Source of the DNA: Gemmatimonadota bacterium
Lineage (GTDB): Bacteria; Latescibacterota; UBA2968; UBA8231
Direction of reading: 5' to 3'
NCBI GenBank assembly: GCA_038153405.1
Contig: JAYOYH010000014.1
Span: 6,655-55,579, forward strand
Length of the DNA: 48,925 nucleotides
The notes below the pieces were generated by a model. The model was not told where the DNA came from. It searched no databases and saw nothing but the letters and a program-made list of their open reading frames with translations. Both the position numbers and the translations under genes were made by a program. Positions 18,004-28,534 of this stretch are shown in pieces. Positions within the stretch are counted from its first letter, which is position 1. Every line of letters starts with the position of its first letter.

Positions 18004-18990
18004 TTACGCCCCCAAGATCGCATCGATGCGCTGCAGTTCGTCCGCGGAAAAGTCCGCCGCCTCTAGGCACGCCACATTTTCTTCTATCTGCTGCGGCCTA
18101 CTGGCGCCAATTAGCGCCGTGGTCATGGCCTCGTGACGCAGCACCCAGCGCAGAGCCATCTGCGCCAAGCTCTGCCCGCGCTCGGCAGCCAGTTGGTTGA
18201 GTTGCCCGATCACCGACAGTTTATCCTCGGTGATCTGATTGCTCTTGAGGAAGCCGTGGCTCTTGGTGGCGCGCGACCCCTCGGGAACGCCTTCGAGGTA
18301 TCGATTGGTCAGCAGGCCCTGCGCCAGCGGACAGAAGGCGATACAGCCTATGCCTTCTTGGCCCAACACTTCCAACAGTCCATTTTCCTCAATTCGCCGA
18401 TTAAACATGCTATACGAAGGTTGATGGATCAAACAGGGCGTGCCCAAGTCGCGCAGAATGTGCGCCGCCGCTCGCGTGCTTTCCGGACTGTAGGACGAGA
18501 CGCCCACGTAGAGCGCCCTACCGCTGCGCACGGCGTGGTCGAGCGCTCCCATCGACTCTTCTAGCGGCGTCTCTTCGTCCGGCCGGTGGTGGTAAAAAAT
18601 ATCTACGTAATCGACGCCGAGTCGCTCGAGGCTCTGATCTAAACTAGCCAGAAGATATTTGCGCGACCCAAAGTCTCCGTAGGGCCCCGGCCACATGTCA
18701 TATCCGGCTTTGGTCGAGATAATGAGTTCGTCGCGGTGGGCCGCTAAGTCTCCGGACAGAATGCGCCCCATATTCTCTTCGGCCGATCCCGGCGGCGGTC
18801 CGTAGTTGTTGGCCAGGTCGAAATGGGTTATGCCCAGATCAAAAGCGCGCAGCACCATGGCGCGCGAGGTTTCAAAGGGGTCGACCCCGGCAAAATTGTG
18901 CCAAAGCCCTAGGGCGATGGCCGGCAGTTTCAAGCCGCTGTGCCCACAGCGATTGTATACCATATTTTCGTAGCGATCCGATGATGGCAT
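18004..18990 (-). CDS. gpr: L-glyceraldehyde 3-phosphate reductase (aldo-keto reductase, YghZ/Gpr/MgrA)
   Basis: GLKLPAIALGLWHNF, FDLANNYGPPPGSAEE, STKAGYDMWPGPYG and IHQPSYSM. Confidence 0.93.
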   Translation of the reverse strand: MPSSDRYENMVYNRCGHSGLKLPAIALGLWHNFAGVDPFETSRAMVLRAFDLGITHFDLANNYGPPPGSAEENMGRILSGDLAAHRDELIISTKAGYDMWPGPYGDFGSRKYLLASLDQSLERLGVDYVDIFYHHRPDEETPLEESMGALDHAVRSGRALYVGVSSYSPESTRAAAHILRDLGTPCLIHQPSYSMFNRRIEENGLLEVLGQEGIGCIAFCPLAQGLLTNRYLEGVPEGSRATKSHGFLKSNQITEDKLSVIGQLNQLAAERGQSLAQMALRWVLRHEAMTTALIGASRPQQIEENVACLEAADFSADELQRIDAILGA

Positions 18991-19068
18991 GCGTTTCCCG
19001 TCTCCTCTTAGGTGTACAGTGGGTTCACAATCAAAATAGGACGAGCGCACAGCGGCAACAAGCACCTC

Positions 19069-19097
19069 TTGACGGATCGGCCCAGATACCATAAAAT
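19069..19097 (+). promoter_or_regulatory. sigma70 promoter TTGACG-N17-TAAAAT for rpsU
   Basis: 5/6 and 5/6 consensus with a 17-nt spacer. Confidence 0.7.
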
Positions 19098-19164
19098 ATT
19101 GTTCTGCTGTATCCGGACTAGAAAAGCAGCCATTTTTATTTTCGGCATTCTACAGGAGCCCATT

Positions 19165-19404
19165 ATGAGCAATTTCAGCGTGGAAGTGCGGTCGGATGAG
19201 CCTTTTGAGAAGGCGCTGCGCCGATTCACGTCTAAAACGCGGCGCGCTGGCCTGTTGCGCGACCTGAAAAAGCGCCGTTTCTACACCAAGCCATCGGTGC
19301 AGAAAAAAATCGATAAGCAAAAGAGCATTCGGCGCCAGCAGAAGGCGCTGCGCATGGCCGCAACCGGTCAGACGCGGGGGGGACGCGTACGCCCCCCCCG
19401 TTAA
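19165..19404 (+). CDS. rpsU: 30S ribosomal protein S21
   Basis: V.V...EPFEKALRRF......G.L......FY.KPS; CAGGAG RBS. Confidence 0.93.
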   Translation: MSNFSVEVRSDEPFEKALRRFTSKTRRAGLLRDLKKRRFYTKPSVQKKIDKQKSIRRQQKALRMAATGQTRGGRVRPPR

Positions 19405-19423
19405 AGAACGACACGTATCGACG

Positions 19424-19457
19424 AACGGCGGCACTCTTTGAGTGCCGCCGTTTTTTT
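19424..19457 (+). terminator. Intrinsic terminator after rpsU
   Basis: AACGGCGGCACTC-TTT-GAGTGCCGCCGTT followed by a T run. Confidence 0.88.
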
Positions 19458-19474
19458 ATGCAAACTGCAGCGCT

Positions 19475-19897
19475 TTAGTGCGTCTGGAAAAACTCGATGC
19501 TCTCGCCGCTGGGACCGCGAAAAAAGGCAATCGTCACGCTCAGACCGCCCAAGTCGAGATCCTTCGGCTCCACCGTTACTTCATAGCCAGCCTGGCGCAC
19601 GTGTTCAATGGCCGCCCGCGCGTCTGTAGTAGCCAGGGCAAAATGGGTAAGCGGATCGTTGCCACTTTCGCTATCGGGCGCCGGAGACGATGAGGTCGGA
19701 GCGAAGAGTTCCATGTGGCTGCCATCGCCAATATCGAGTAAGATAATCTTGCGCTCCGACGAGCCAAACTCCGCTACCAATGTCATCCCCAGCACATCCC
19801 TGTAAAGCGCTAGAGACGCTTCCCAATCGCGCGCCTGCACGGCAATGTGATGCGTCCCACAGCCCGCTATAACCGCATTCTTTTCTCCAATGGGCAC
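19475..19897 (-). CDS. VOC / glyoxalase family protein
   Basis: HHIAV...LALYRDVLG, MELF, HFAL and FFRGPSGESIEF; AGGAGG RBS before GTG. Confidence 0.9.
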   Translation of the reverse strand: MPIGEKNAVIAGCGTHHIAVQARDWEASLALYRDVLGMTLVAEFGSSERKIILLDIGDGSHMELFAPTSSSPAPDSESGNDPLTHFALATTDARAAIEHVRQAGYEVTVEPKDLDLGGLSVTIAFFRGPSGESIEFFQTH

Positions 19898-20095
19898 GAT
19901 ATCCTCCTATCGCTTGAGTGTGTAGAATCTCTTTCGCCTAGGCGTAAAGTGCAAATGGGCCACTCAACGCACTTAGCCTATCTATAACGGCCCCGCTGCC
20001 GAGTTGCACCCCAGTCGGGGAAAGGCGCTTGCCCAAAACAGCACATGCCCCATCTTTGAATGAGGCACGCCGCTATACGGAGGGACCCATTACCT

Positions 20096-21337
20096 ATGAT
20101 GCGCCGATTTGATCTTCCAGTATATAAGCTGCTAATCGGCCTGCTGCTGCTCTGCGCAGTCGAGCCTGCTGCAGCGATCCGCCTGGGACTGCGCACGACG
20201 CGCATACACTCCCTTACCGACCTGTCCGACCGATCGGGCCTGGGCGCGGGTGCCTTTGCTCGCGGTTCGCTCAATCCGCGCTGGCAAGGCGAACTCAACG
20301 CCGGCTACGGCACCCTGCGCGGCGACAACTATACCACGCACGCCCTCAGCGGCGAGAGTCGTTTGCTCTACGGATCGCACCGCGGTCCGCACTGGTCGTT
20401 GGGCCTATTTGCCGGCGTCGGTATAATGGGCTACAAAATAGCCTCTTCGCCCGCCCAGCGCACCCTAGGCGCACCCGCCAGCAGTTGGACCGCCGTTGCC
20501 CCCGTTGGCCTGCGCCTGAGTAAAGGCGCCCTCTCTAGCATAGAAGTAGCGGCATCCTACACCTATACCTTCAGCGACGAATTGGATCGCGCGGCCCTTG
20601 CCAAGGGCAACGATGCGCTGTGGAGCATAGAGGTCGGTATTTCCTTTGGCAGCGCGGCCCGCACCCATTCTGCACCCACTCGTCAACCGTCCCCCTCGGC
20701 GAGTGCGGCAGCCGCACCTAAACCACCAGACGCCACCGATAGCGACGGCGACGGACTCAGCGACTGGTTGGAAACGCAGCGCCACTTCACCAATCCCGTC
20801 ATGGCCGACAGCGACGGCGATGGCCTGGACGACCGCGAGGAAATTGAGATATACGGCACCTATGCCAACCACCTAGACAGCGACAACGGCGGCGTGCGCG
20901 ACGGCGAGGAAGTCAAACGCGGCTCCAACCCCCTCGACGCCGGTGACGACTTCTTGCCCGAGTATATTCTCGAAGAAGACCCAACGCCCGTGGCGGCCAT
21001 CGCGTACGAGCTACCGGTTATCTACTTTCCGAGCAGCGGCGTGTTCTTAGTCGCCGAAGCGCGCGAAAACCTCGAGCGCACGGCGGCCTACATGCGCATG
21101 CGTCCCGACGTGCTGGTGGAACTGCGCGGACACTCCGACAGCGAGGGAGCACGCGCCGTCAACCTGCAGTTGTCGAGACGGCGCGCAGAGAGGGTTAAGG
21201 CCTACTTAGTTACGCTGGGAGTGCAGGCCGAACGCCTGCGCGTGCGCGCCTACGGAGAAGCCCATCCCGTCGCCTCGAATGCCACGCAGGAAGGACGCCT
21301 GCTCAACCGGCGCGTAGAGCTGATCCCCATTCGCTAA
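20096..21337 (+). CDS. OmpA family protein: N-terminal barrel, Pro/Ala linker, TSP3-like Ca-binding repeats and an OmpA-C peptidoglycan-binding domain
   Basis: DSDGDGLSD, DSDGDGLDD and DSDNGGVRD repeats; GHSDSEG...NLQLSRRRA..V and GR.LNRRVE. Confidence 0.92.
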   Translation: MMRRFDLPVYKLLIGLLLLCAVEPAAAIRLGLRTTRIHSLTDLSDRSGLGAGAFARGSLNPRWQGELNAGYGTLRGDNYTTHALSGESRLLYGSHRGPHWSLGLFAGVGIMGYKIASSPAQRTLGAPASSWTAVAPVGLRLSKGALSSIEVAASYTYTFSDELDRAALAKGNDALWSIEVGISFGSAARTHSAPTRQPSPSASAAAAPKPPDATDSDGDGLSDWLETQRHFTNPVMADSDGDGLDDREEIEIYGTYANHLDSDNGGVRDGEEVKRGSNPLDAGDDFLPEYILEEDPTPVAAIAYELPVIYFPSSGVFLVAEARENLERTAAYMRMRPDVLVELRGHSDSEGARAVNLQLSRRRAERVKAYLVTLGVQAERLRVRAYGEAHPVASNATQEGRLLNRRVELIPIR

Positions 21338-22452
21338 GCATCCGCTGCGCGCGGCAGCGCAACGTCCTCGACCAGGCGGGCAAAGCGCGCTGCGCTCTCT
21401 TCTATATCGATTCCATAGACCGCCCGATTGGCGTCTGCCACCTGCTGCACGGCATCTGGCGGCAGCGCAGCCGCACCGCACGCCGCACCGACTAGACTGC
21501 CGGCAATGCTGGCATAACAGTCGATGTCGGCATAGCGTCGCCAGTGCCCTTCAGCATCGAGGTCGCCCTGATTGGCCGCGATCTGAAGCGCGCACAGCGG
21601 CTCATCGGCGTGTGCCAGCAGAGCGCAAAACGCGATTGCCAATGCCCGATAGGGGTCAAAGACGCCAACGTGGCGCAGTTCAAAAGAGAGAAATTCAGCC
21701 AGCGCAACCCCGCGCTTGCCGCAGGCCCGCCGCAGCAGAGTCGGAAGGTGTTCAACGACAAAGGGCGGGCCAAAATATCCACCTAATTGCAGGGGATCCA
21801 GGGCGAGGACGCGCTCGACTAGAACATCTGGCGCGGCACCAGCCGCGGCCAAGCTCTGCGCTGCGGCCAGTAGCGCCGTCGCCTCGCGCGCATACCCCAC
21901 GTCAAAAAACGCCGCTTCGTAGGCCGCGCAATAGGCGCGCTCGGGCTGGCCGACAAAGAGCAGCCCGGCAAAGGGCAGGGCCAGCATACCGGCAATGGTG
22001 GGATAGTTGAGCCCGACGCTGCGCGTGGCCAGCGCGCTCGGCGAAACGCCTGGATAGAGCGGCGATGGCTGGTCCAGATAGCCGCGACTCACGCCCTCCC
22101 ACATGGAAAACTGCGCGCGCGCAAGCGACGGATCGTCGGGAAAGAAGTCGCTCGGCCTATTGTGGAGGTCAATGAGATGCTGCGCCAAAGCCCCCGCCGT
22201 CGGCATGCCTCGCACCTTGCATGCCAGTTCCATAAAGAGCCAGGCGTAGCGCACATCGTCCGTGCCGGTGCCCACCGGTGCCGGCGAAATCCAAGGACCG
22301 TGTGGCCCCAACGGACCGACAAATGGATGCAGGCGATCGATCCACTCGACGCGCTGCGCACTAAACTCGAACGGCGCGCCGAGTCCATCGCCCAGAGCCT
22401 GTGCCCACACCGCGCCTCGCACGCGCTCTGCTATGGACAACGAGCGCACCAT
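21334..22452 (-). CDS. ADP-ribosylglycohydrolase (ARH/DraG) family protein
   Basis: GDGLGAPFEF, TGTDD and C-terminal DIDCYASIAGSL.GA. Confidence 0.85.
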   Translation of the reverse strand: MVRSLSIAERVRGAVWAQALGDGLGAPFEFSAQRVEWIDRLHPFVGPLGPHGPWISPAPVGTGTDDVRYAWLFMELACKVRGMPTAGALAQHLIDLHNRPSDFFPDDPSLARAQFSMWEGVSRGYLDQPSPLYPGVSPSALATRSVGLNYPTIAGMLALPFAGLLFVGQPERAYCAAYEAAFFDVGYAREATALLAAAQSLAAAGAAPDVLVERVLALDPLQLGGYFGPPFVVEHLPTLLRRACGKRGVALAEFLSFELRHVGVFDPYRALAIAFCALLAHADEPLCALQIAANQGDLDAEGHWRRYADIDCYASIAGSLVGAACGAAALPPDAVQQVADANRAVYGIDIEESAARFARLVEDVALPRAADA

Positions 22453-22482
22453 AGCCTCCTCCTTAAACCAACCACGCGCCCG

Positions 22483-24084
22483 CTACAGCACGGAGAAATC
22501 GGCAAAGACGACGTAAATCAGCACCACGACAGCCAACAGCACCGCGCTGGTCGTGCGCACGTGCTGCCAGGGCGTCAGATCGACATCGCCCGAGTAGTGC
22601 TGTTCCCACGCTTCGGCACGTGGCTGCACGGCGCCGATAATGAGCATGAGCGCGATCAGCGCGGCAAAGACCGCTCCCAAAAAGTGAAACTCGTGCATGC
22701 GATCAACCACGGCAGCCAGCGACGGCACGAAGTAACCGAGTGCAATGCAGGCAAACCCTGCAACAAGCGCCACCTTGGCGGCGATGGCCGGCACCCGGCG
22801 AAAGAGCATACCGACGAGCACGACGGAGAAAATGGGAATAAAGTAGAGGCCATTCATTTTCTGCAGATAGCCAAAAATACTCGCTTGCCCCATGAGCAAC
22901 GGCGCCATGCCCATAGAGACGAGCGCGATGACCCAGCCGAATATTTTGCCGGATATTACGACCTGCTCTTCGCTGGCATGGCGATTGATCATCGTCTTGT
23001 AAATGCCGAGGCTAAACAGCGTTGTCGTGCTGTTGAGCGCCGAGTTGTACGAGCTCAGAATAGCGCCGACCATGATAGCGGCAAAAAAACCCGTCAGCGG
23101 TCCGGGTAACACGTCGCGCACCAGTTGGCCGTAGGCCATATCTGCCTTGATCGAACTATCGCCGCTGTAGAGGTAGAACGCCATCATACCAGGTAAAACT
23201 AAATACAGCGGCCCGAGGAGTTTAAGCGCACCGCACAGCAATACGCCCTTCTGCCCCTCGCGCAGGTTGCGCGCGCCAAAGGTGCGCTGAATAATTTGCT
23301 GGTTGGTCGTCCAGTAGAACATGCCCAGCAGCGTCACACCGGTAAATAGGGTGGAAAAGGGCACGGACTGATCGGCGGCACCGATCGAATTAAAGCGCTC
23401 GGGATGGGCCGACTGCAGTCTGGCCAAACCGGCCAGCACGCCCTCGCCTTCGCCCACCACCTGCAGGCCGAAGTAGGCTATCAGAAAACCGCCGACAAGC
23501 AGGCCAATCCCGTTGAGCGTGTCCGAGACGGCCACCGTGCGCAAACCGCCGAAGATGGCGTACGTCGTGCCGATAAGGCCGACCAGCCACACGGTGAAGG
23601 TGATAATGTTTTGCTCGGACTGAATCCCCGTCAGCGCCGCCATGTCGAGCATGCCGTTGAGGCCGCGCGCGCCGGTATAGAGGACGATCGGCAGCAAAAT
23701 AGCGGCGTAGGCGACCAAAAATATAAATGTGGTAATCGTGCGCGTGCCCGCATCAAAGCGCTCTTCGAGAAACTGCGGCACGGTGGCAATACCGCTCTTG
23801 AGAAAGCGCGGCAAGAAAAATAGAGCCGAGGCGACCAGCGCGACTACGGCCAGCACTTCCCAAGCCATGACGCTGAACCCGTCGTTAAACGCCGCGCCGT
23901 TAAGACCTACCATCTGTTCCGTGGACAAATTGGTAAGCAGCAACGAGCCGGCAATAATGGGGCCGGTCAGGCGGCGTCCGGCTAAAAAGTAGCCATCCGA
24001 ACTGGCGTGGTCGTCATTGCGCGTCAGCGCATACGTAACGACGGCGATAAGACCGGTAAACAGCACGAAGGAGAGCAATACCAT
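22483..24084 (-). CDS. Sodium:solute symporter (SSS, YidK-like sugar transporter)
   Basis: [34 protein letters not shown] and [11 protein letters not shown]. Confidence 0.95.
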   Translation of the reverse strand: MVLLSFVLFTGLIAVVTYALTRNDDHASSDGYFLAGRRLTGPIIAGSLLLTNLSTEQMVGLNGAAFNDGFSVMAWEVLAVVALVASALFFLPRFLKSGIATVPQFLEERFDAGTRTITTFIFLVAYAAILLPIVLYTGARGLNGMLDMAALTGIQSEQNIITFTVWLVGLIGTTYAIFGGLRTVAVSDTLNGIGLLVGGFLIAYFGLQVVGEGEGVLAGLARLQSAHPERFNSIGAADQSVPFSTLFTGVTLLGMFYWTTNQQIIQRTFGARNLREGQKGVLLCGALKLLGPLYLVLPGMMAFYLYSGDSSIKADMAYGQLVRDVLPGPLTGFFAAIMVGAILSSYNSALNSTTTLFSLGIYKTMINRHASEEQVVISGKIFGWVIALVSMGMAPLLMGQASIFGYLQKMNGLYFIPIFSVVLVGMLFRRVPAIAAKVALVAGFACIALGYFVPSLAAVVDRMHEFHFLGAVFAALIALMLIIGAVQPRAEAWEQHYSGDVDLTPWQHVRTTSAVLLAVVVLIYVVFADFSVL

Positions 24085-24245
24085 ATTCGTCGGCTCCTCT
24101 CATACGGGGTGAGTGCATAGACGAACCAATTATACGAAGCAAAACGCGTTGGGCGCACGCTCACGAATAAAAAACGACCCTTGTGCACAGGCCCAATCGC
24201 TGGGAACGCGTGGAGACTCTACTGCGTTGTCCCCACGCACGGCCG

Positions 24246-24614
24246 CTACTCGTAGCCGTACTGGCGCACAGCCTCTTCGTCGAGTCCCATGAAGTGCGCT
24301 ATTTCGTGGACGAGCGTTATCTCTATTTCCTCGACGAGCTCGTCCAGATCGGGAAAATCCTCTACTAGAGGCCCCTGATAAATTTCGATAATGGGCGGAA
24401 GATCACCGCTGTCGTCCACGCGCTGTTCGGGCAGCGGCGTTCCGCTAAAAAGACCGTATATCAACTCGTCCGGATCGCCGGTGATTTCCTCGACGACCTC
24501 TGGATCGGGCCAGTCTTCGACCAGCACCACTACGTTGTGCATGGCCTGGCGAAAAGAGACCGGAATGCGCGATAGCGCACGCTCGACGAGTCGTTCAAAT
24601 TGGCCGCGGTGCAC
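24246..24614 (-). CDS. Zincin_1 (DUF1025) minimal metallopeptidase
   Basis: FE.LV..AL..IP, GLF.G.PL, I.IYQGP and TLVHEIAHFMG (HExxH). Confidence 0.9.
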   Translation of the reverse strand: MHRGQFERLVERALSRIPVSFRQAMHNVVVLVEDWPDPEVVEEITGDPDELIYGLFSGTPLPEQRVDDSGDLPPIIEIYQGPLVEDFPDLDELVEEIEITLVHEIAHFMGLDEEAVRQYGYE

Positions 24615-24617
24615 GCG

Positions 24618-25760
24618 CTACCAGTCGGCGACGCTGCCGTCGTTCTCGTAGTAGTGCTCGCCGCCCAACTCCTCTTGGTACTCGGCCTGTTGGACTACTT
24701 CGCGCTCGTCGACTTCAAAACCCAGACCTGGCCTGTCGGGCACGACGATGTGCCCGTCTTCGACTTCCCACGCTGCGCTGAGTACGTCAAAGAGGTGCGT
24801 CGGCCCGATCTGCTCTTGGATGAGAAAGTTGGGCACGACCATGTCGACGTGCATGCAGGCGGCCAGCGCCACCGGGCCAATAGCACAGTGCGGCATAATG
24901 TGCACGTAGTAAGTCTCGGCCATATTGGCAATGCGTTTCAGTTCGCTGATACCGCCGGCATGCGAACCGTCTGGCTGGATATACGATACGGCGCCCTTTT
25001 CCAGCACGTCGCGAAACTCCCAGCGCGACAGTAGGCGCTCGCCAGTGGCAATGGGAAAGGTCACTTTGTCAGAAACCAGCTTCAGCGCGTCGACGTTTTC
25101 CTGCGGCACCGGTTCTTCGACAAACATCGGCCGCATACCCTTGAGCTCTTGGCAAACTTCGACAGCCAAGCCGGGCGTCATTTTGCCGTGGAAATCAAAG
25201 CACAGTTCAACGTCGTCGCCAACCCATTCGCGCATGCGGTAGGCGCGCTTGACAAAGGCATCGATGCGCGCGGGCGGTTCGTGCGCGCGCCACGTGCCGG
25301 CCGGTCCCGTCTTAAAGGCGGTATAGCCGTACTTGAGCAGCTCATCTAAGCGTTCGCGCGATGCCTGCAGCGCCTCGTCGCTATCGCCGCGAATGCCCCA
25401 GTGCGCGTAAACGCGCACGCGGTCGCGCACCGCACCACCGCCCAGCAGCTTGTAAACGGGCACGCCGTAGTGCTTGCCAGCGATATCCCAAAGGGCCTGA
25501 TCAATGCCGGACAGCGCCGACATAACGACGCTGCCGCCGCGAAAAAACGACGATCGATAAATGTGCTGCCAGTGGTGTTCAATGCGCAGCGGATCCTTGC
25601 CAACCAGATAGTCGGCCATCTCGTCGACGGCAGCGCAGGTGCTGCGCGGCCGTCCTTCCAACGTCGACTCGCCCCAACCGACAAGCCCCGTATCCGTTGT
25701 AATCTTGACCAGACGCATGCGATTGCGCGGAAAAAACTGCTCGACCTTAGCCACCTTCAT
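24618..25760 (-). CDS. dgoD: Galactonate dehydratase-like enolase-superfamily enzyme
   Basis: GWGE..LEGR, SGIDQALWDIAGK, DFHG, FVEEP, ATGER, QPD.SHAGGI and PHC.IGP. Confidence 0.8.
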   Translation of the reverse strand: MKVAKVEQFFPRNRMRLVKITTDTGLVGWGESTLEGRPRSTCAAVDEMADYLVGKDPLRIEHHWQHIYRSSFFRGGSVVMSALSGIDQALWDIAGKHYGVPVYKLLGGGAVRDRVRVYAHWGIRGDSDEALQASRERLDELLKYGYTAFKTGPAGTWRAHEPPARIDAFVKRAYRMREWVGDDVELCFDFHGKMTPGLAVEVCQELKGMRPMFVEEPVPQENVDALKLVSDKVTFPIATGERLLSRWEFRDVLEKGAVSYIQPDGSHAGGISELKRIANMAETYYVHIMPHCAIGPVALAACMHVDMVVPNFLIQEQIGPTHLFDVLSAAWEVEDGHIVVPDRPGLGFEVDEREVVQQAEYQEELGGEHYYENDGSVADW

Positions 25761-25796
25761 CAGACATTCTCCCGTTGCGGTATTGTGCCGTTGGGC

Positions 25797-27506
25797 TCAG
25801 TGCGATTCGCGCTTGACGACCGATCCCGATTTGCCAACTAAAAAGTCGAAATCCACTCCTCTATCTGCCTGCAGCACGTGCCCTGTATACAGGCTGACGT
25901 AGCCGCGCGAATCGTGTGCCTGCGGCGCCTGCCATTGGGCGCGCCGGCGCTCTATTTCTTCGTCGCTCACGTCCAAGTGCAGTCGGCGCGCTTCGACGTC
26001 GAGCTCAATAATATCGCCCTCTTGCACCAGCGCCAAGCAGCCGCCCACGGCGGCCTCGGGCGCCACGTGCAGCACAACCGTGCCAAAGGCGGTGCCCGAC
26101 ATGCGCCCATCGGATATGCGCACCATATCGCGAACGCCCTTTTCTAGCAGTTTCTGGGGCAAACCCATATTGCCTACTTCGGCCATGCCCGGATAGCCGA
26201 CCGGGCCGACATTTTTCAGCACCATGACGCAGTGTTGGTCAATGTCGAGTTCGGGATCGTCAATTCGCTCGTGGTATGCTTCAATCGTCTCAAATACGAC
26301 CGCGCGACCGCGAAACTTCATCAACTCGGGCGATGCGGCTGACGGCTTGATAATCGCTCCGCTCGGACACAGGTTGCCGCGCAGCACGGCGATACCCGCT
26401 TCTTCAATCAGCGGTGCGTCGATGGCGCGAATGACATCGCGGTTATAGCAAGGTGCATCGGCGTTGTTAGCGCCAATGCTCTGTCCATTTACCGTCGGCG
26501 CATCCCAGTGTAGGTGGCCCCTCAGTTCGCGAATAACGGCCGGCACACCGCCGGCGTAGTAAAAATCCTCCATCAAATACTGACCCGAGGGCATCAGGTT
26601 GACCAGCAGCGGCATGCGGCTGCCCAGCGCGTCGAAATCCTCCAGCGCCAGATCGACGCCAACGCGCCCGGCGATGGCCAGCAGATGCACGATAAAGTTG
26701 GTAGATCCTCCAATCGCCGCATTGACTTTAATCGCGTTTTCAAAGGCTTCGCGCGTGAGAATTTGATATATATCAAGACCCTCTTTGGCCATCTCGACTA
26801 TGCGCCGTCCCGACATATGCGCCAAGACTTTGCGGCGCGAGTCGGGCGCCGGTATGGCGGCGGCCCCCGGCAGCGTCATGCCGAGCGATTCGGCCATGCT
26901 GGCCATGGTCGAGGCCGTGCCCATCGTCATGCAGTGGCCAGCGCTGCGCGTCATGCTCGCTTCGGCGAGTCCGTATTCTTCGCGCGTCATCTGCCCGGCG
27001 CGAAACTCGTCGGTAAACTTCCACACGTCCGTTCCCGAACCGATATCCATCCCCTGGTACTTGCCGTTGAGCATGGGACCACCCGGCACGACGATCGTCG
27101 GCAGCCCGACGCTGGCCGCCCCCATCAGCAGCGCTGGCGTCGTTTTGTCACAGCCGGTTAGCAGGACGACGCCGTCGAGCGGATTGGCGCGCAGCGATTC
27201 CTCTACGTCCATGCTGGCCAGATTGCGAAAGAGCATGGTCGTGGGCCGCATCAGCGGCTCGCCCAGCGAGGTAACGGGAAACTCGACGGGGAACCCGCCG
27301 GCCTCGTAAATGCCGATGCGCACCGATTCGGCAATGTCGCGAAAGTGCGCGTTGCACGGCGTTAGTTCCGACCACGTATTGCAAATGCCAATGACGGGAC
27401 GGCCGTCAAACACGTGGTCGGGAATACCGCGCTTCATCCAACTGCGGTGTATAAAGCCGCTCTGATCCGAGCGGCCAAACCAGTCTTCGCTCCTTAACTT
27501 GGCCAT
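25797..27506 (-). CDS. IlvD/Edd family sugar-acid dehydratase (L-arabinonate dehydratase-like)
   Basis: LRS..WF, GICNTWSELTPCN, GCDKTTP, GHCMTMGTASTM, SDGRMSGT and C-terminal ESH. Confidence 0.92.
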   Translation of the reverse strand: MAKLRSEDWFGRSDQSGFIHRSWMKRGIPDHVFDGRPVIGICNTWSELTPCNAHFRDIAESVRIGIYEAGGFPVEFPVTSLGEPLMRPTTMLFRNLASMDVEESLRANPLDGVVLLTGCDKTTPALLMGAASVGLPTIVVPGGPMLNGKYQGMDIGSGTDVWKFTDEFRAGQMTREEYGLAEASMTRSAGHCMTMGTASTMASMAESLGMTLPGAAAIPAPDSRRKVLAHMSGRRIVEMAKEGLDIYQILTREAFENAIKVNAAIGGSTNFIVHLLAIAGRVGVDLALEDFDALGSRMPLLVNLMPSGQYLMEDFYYAGGVPAVIRELRGHLHWDAPTVNGQSIGANNADAPCYNRDVIRAIDAPLIEEAGIAVLRGNLCPSGAIIKPSAASPELMKFRGRAVVFETIEAYHERIDDPELDIDQHCVMVLKNVGPVGYPGMAEVGNMGLPQKLLEKGVRDMVRISDGRMSGTAFGTVVLHVAPEAAVGGCLALVQEGDIIELDVEARRLHLDVSDEEIERRRAQWQAPQAHDSRGYVSLYTGHVLQADRGVDFDFLVGKSGSVVKRESH

Positions 27507-27682
27507 AGTGCTGTCTCCCGTTTTTAAATCCAGATGCCGCTGCGACCCTGTCGGCCGCGCTACGGCGCCGAATATAGTACGCTACCCCATTGACGCCATC
27601 AAGCGGGCTTTCTCTTGCCGGACTGCACCGACTCCATTATACTAGTTGATCCCACCCCTCTCCTTGCAACTCATTATACGAC

Positions 27683-28534
27683 ATGGACTTCAAATCAATT
27701 GGGGTACTGGGCGCCGGCGCGATGGGCAGCGGTATTGCCCAGCTGCTCGTGCAGCGCGGCTACGCCGTCTATCTGTGCGATGTCGATGCACAGGCGCTCG
27801 AACGCGGCGCGGCCGCCATTCGCCGGCGGCTCGATGGACAGGTGCAACAGAACGGGCTATCGGCCTCTCAGCGCGACGCCGCCTGTAGCGCGCTGCAAAC
27901 GACCACCCAACTGGAGGTGGCCTGCGCCGTCGATTTGCTTATCGAAGCCGTGCCCGAACGGCTCGATGCCAAAAGGGCCGCATTTGCCCAACTCGACCGG
28001 GCCGCTCCTCCGAATACCATTCTGGCTAGCAATACCTCGGGGCTGGACATAGACCAGCTAGCGGCCGCGACCCAGCGCGCCGACCGCGTTATCGGCCTGC
28101 ACTTTTTTAACCCACCACCGCGCATGCCACTGGTGGAAATTGCGCGCGGGCGCTCGACCAGCGATGCGACCTTCGACGCCATTTATGCGCTCGCTCAACG
28201 CCTGGACAAGACGCCCATCGCCGTAGCCAATTCACCGGGATTTGCCGTCAACCGCATCCTCTTTCCCATGATTAACGAGGCGATCTACGCGCTGGCAGAG
28301 GGCGTGGCCAGCGCCGCGGACATCGATCGCGCCATGCAGTTGGGCGCTAGCCATCCGCTGGGACCGCTCGCCCTAGCCGATTTCGTCGGCTTGGATGTAA
28401 CGCTCGATATCCTCGACTCCTTTGAGCGCGAATTTGGCAACCCCAAGTACAGGGCGTGTTCTATGCTGCGCGAAAAAGTGGCGCGCGGAGAATTGGGTCG
28501 CAAAACGGGCCGTGGCTTTTTTTCCTACTCTTAA
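27683..28534 (+). CDS. hbd: 3-hydroxybutyryl-CoA / 3-hydroxyacyl-CoA dehydrogenase
   Basis: GAGAMGSGIA, EAVPE, LASNTS, GLHFFNP, PGF.VNR, HPLGPL.LAD and GRKTGRGF. Confidence 0.9.
   Translation: MDFKSIGVLGAGAMGSGIAQLLVQRGYAVYLCDVDAQALERGAAAIRRRLDGQVQQNGLSASQRDAACSALQTTTQLEVACAVDLLIEAVPERLDAKRAAFAQLDRAAPPNTILASNTSGLDIDQLAAATQRADRVIGLHFFNPPPRMPLVEIARGRSTSDATFDAIYALAQRLDKTPIAVANSPGFAVNRILFPMINEAIYALAEGVASAADIDRAMQLGASHPLGPLALADFVGLDVTLDILDSFEREFGNPKYRACSMLREKVARGELGRKTGRGFFSYS

Noticed and set aside
19912..19970. TTGAGTG...CACTCAA inverted repeat and CGCCTAGGCG palindrome in the VOC/ompA divergent region
   Set aside because: Short, widely spaced and with no second copy, so it cannot be distinguished from chance.
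20737..20950. Repeated GACAGCGACGGCGA-like units
   Set aside because: These are coding TSP3-like repeats within ompA, not a CRISPR array or DNA repeat.
22162..23109. Long antisense ORFs (also 5661..6458, 10163..10867, 15964..16896, 26514..27161, 41416..42123)
   Set aside because: These are shadow frames opposite well-supported genes in GC-rich DNA, with no motifs or RBS.
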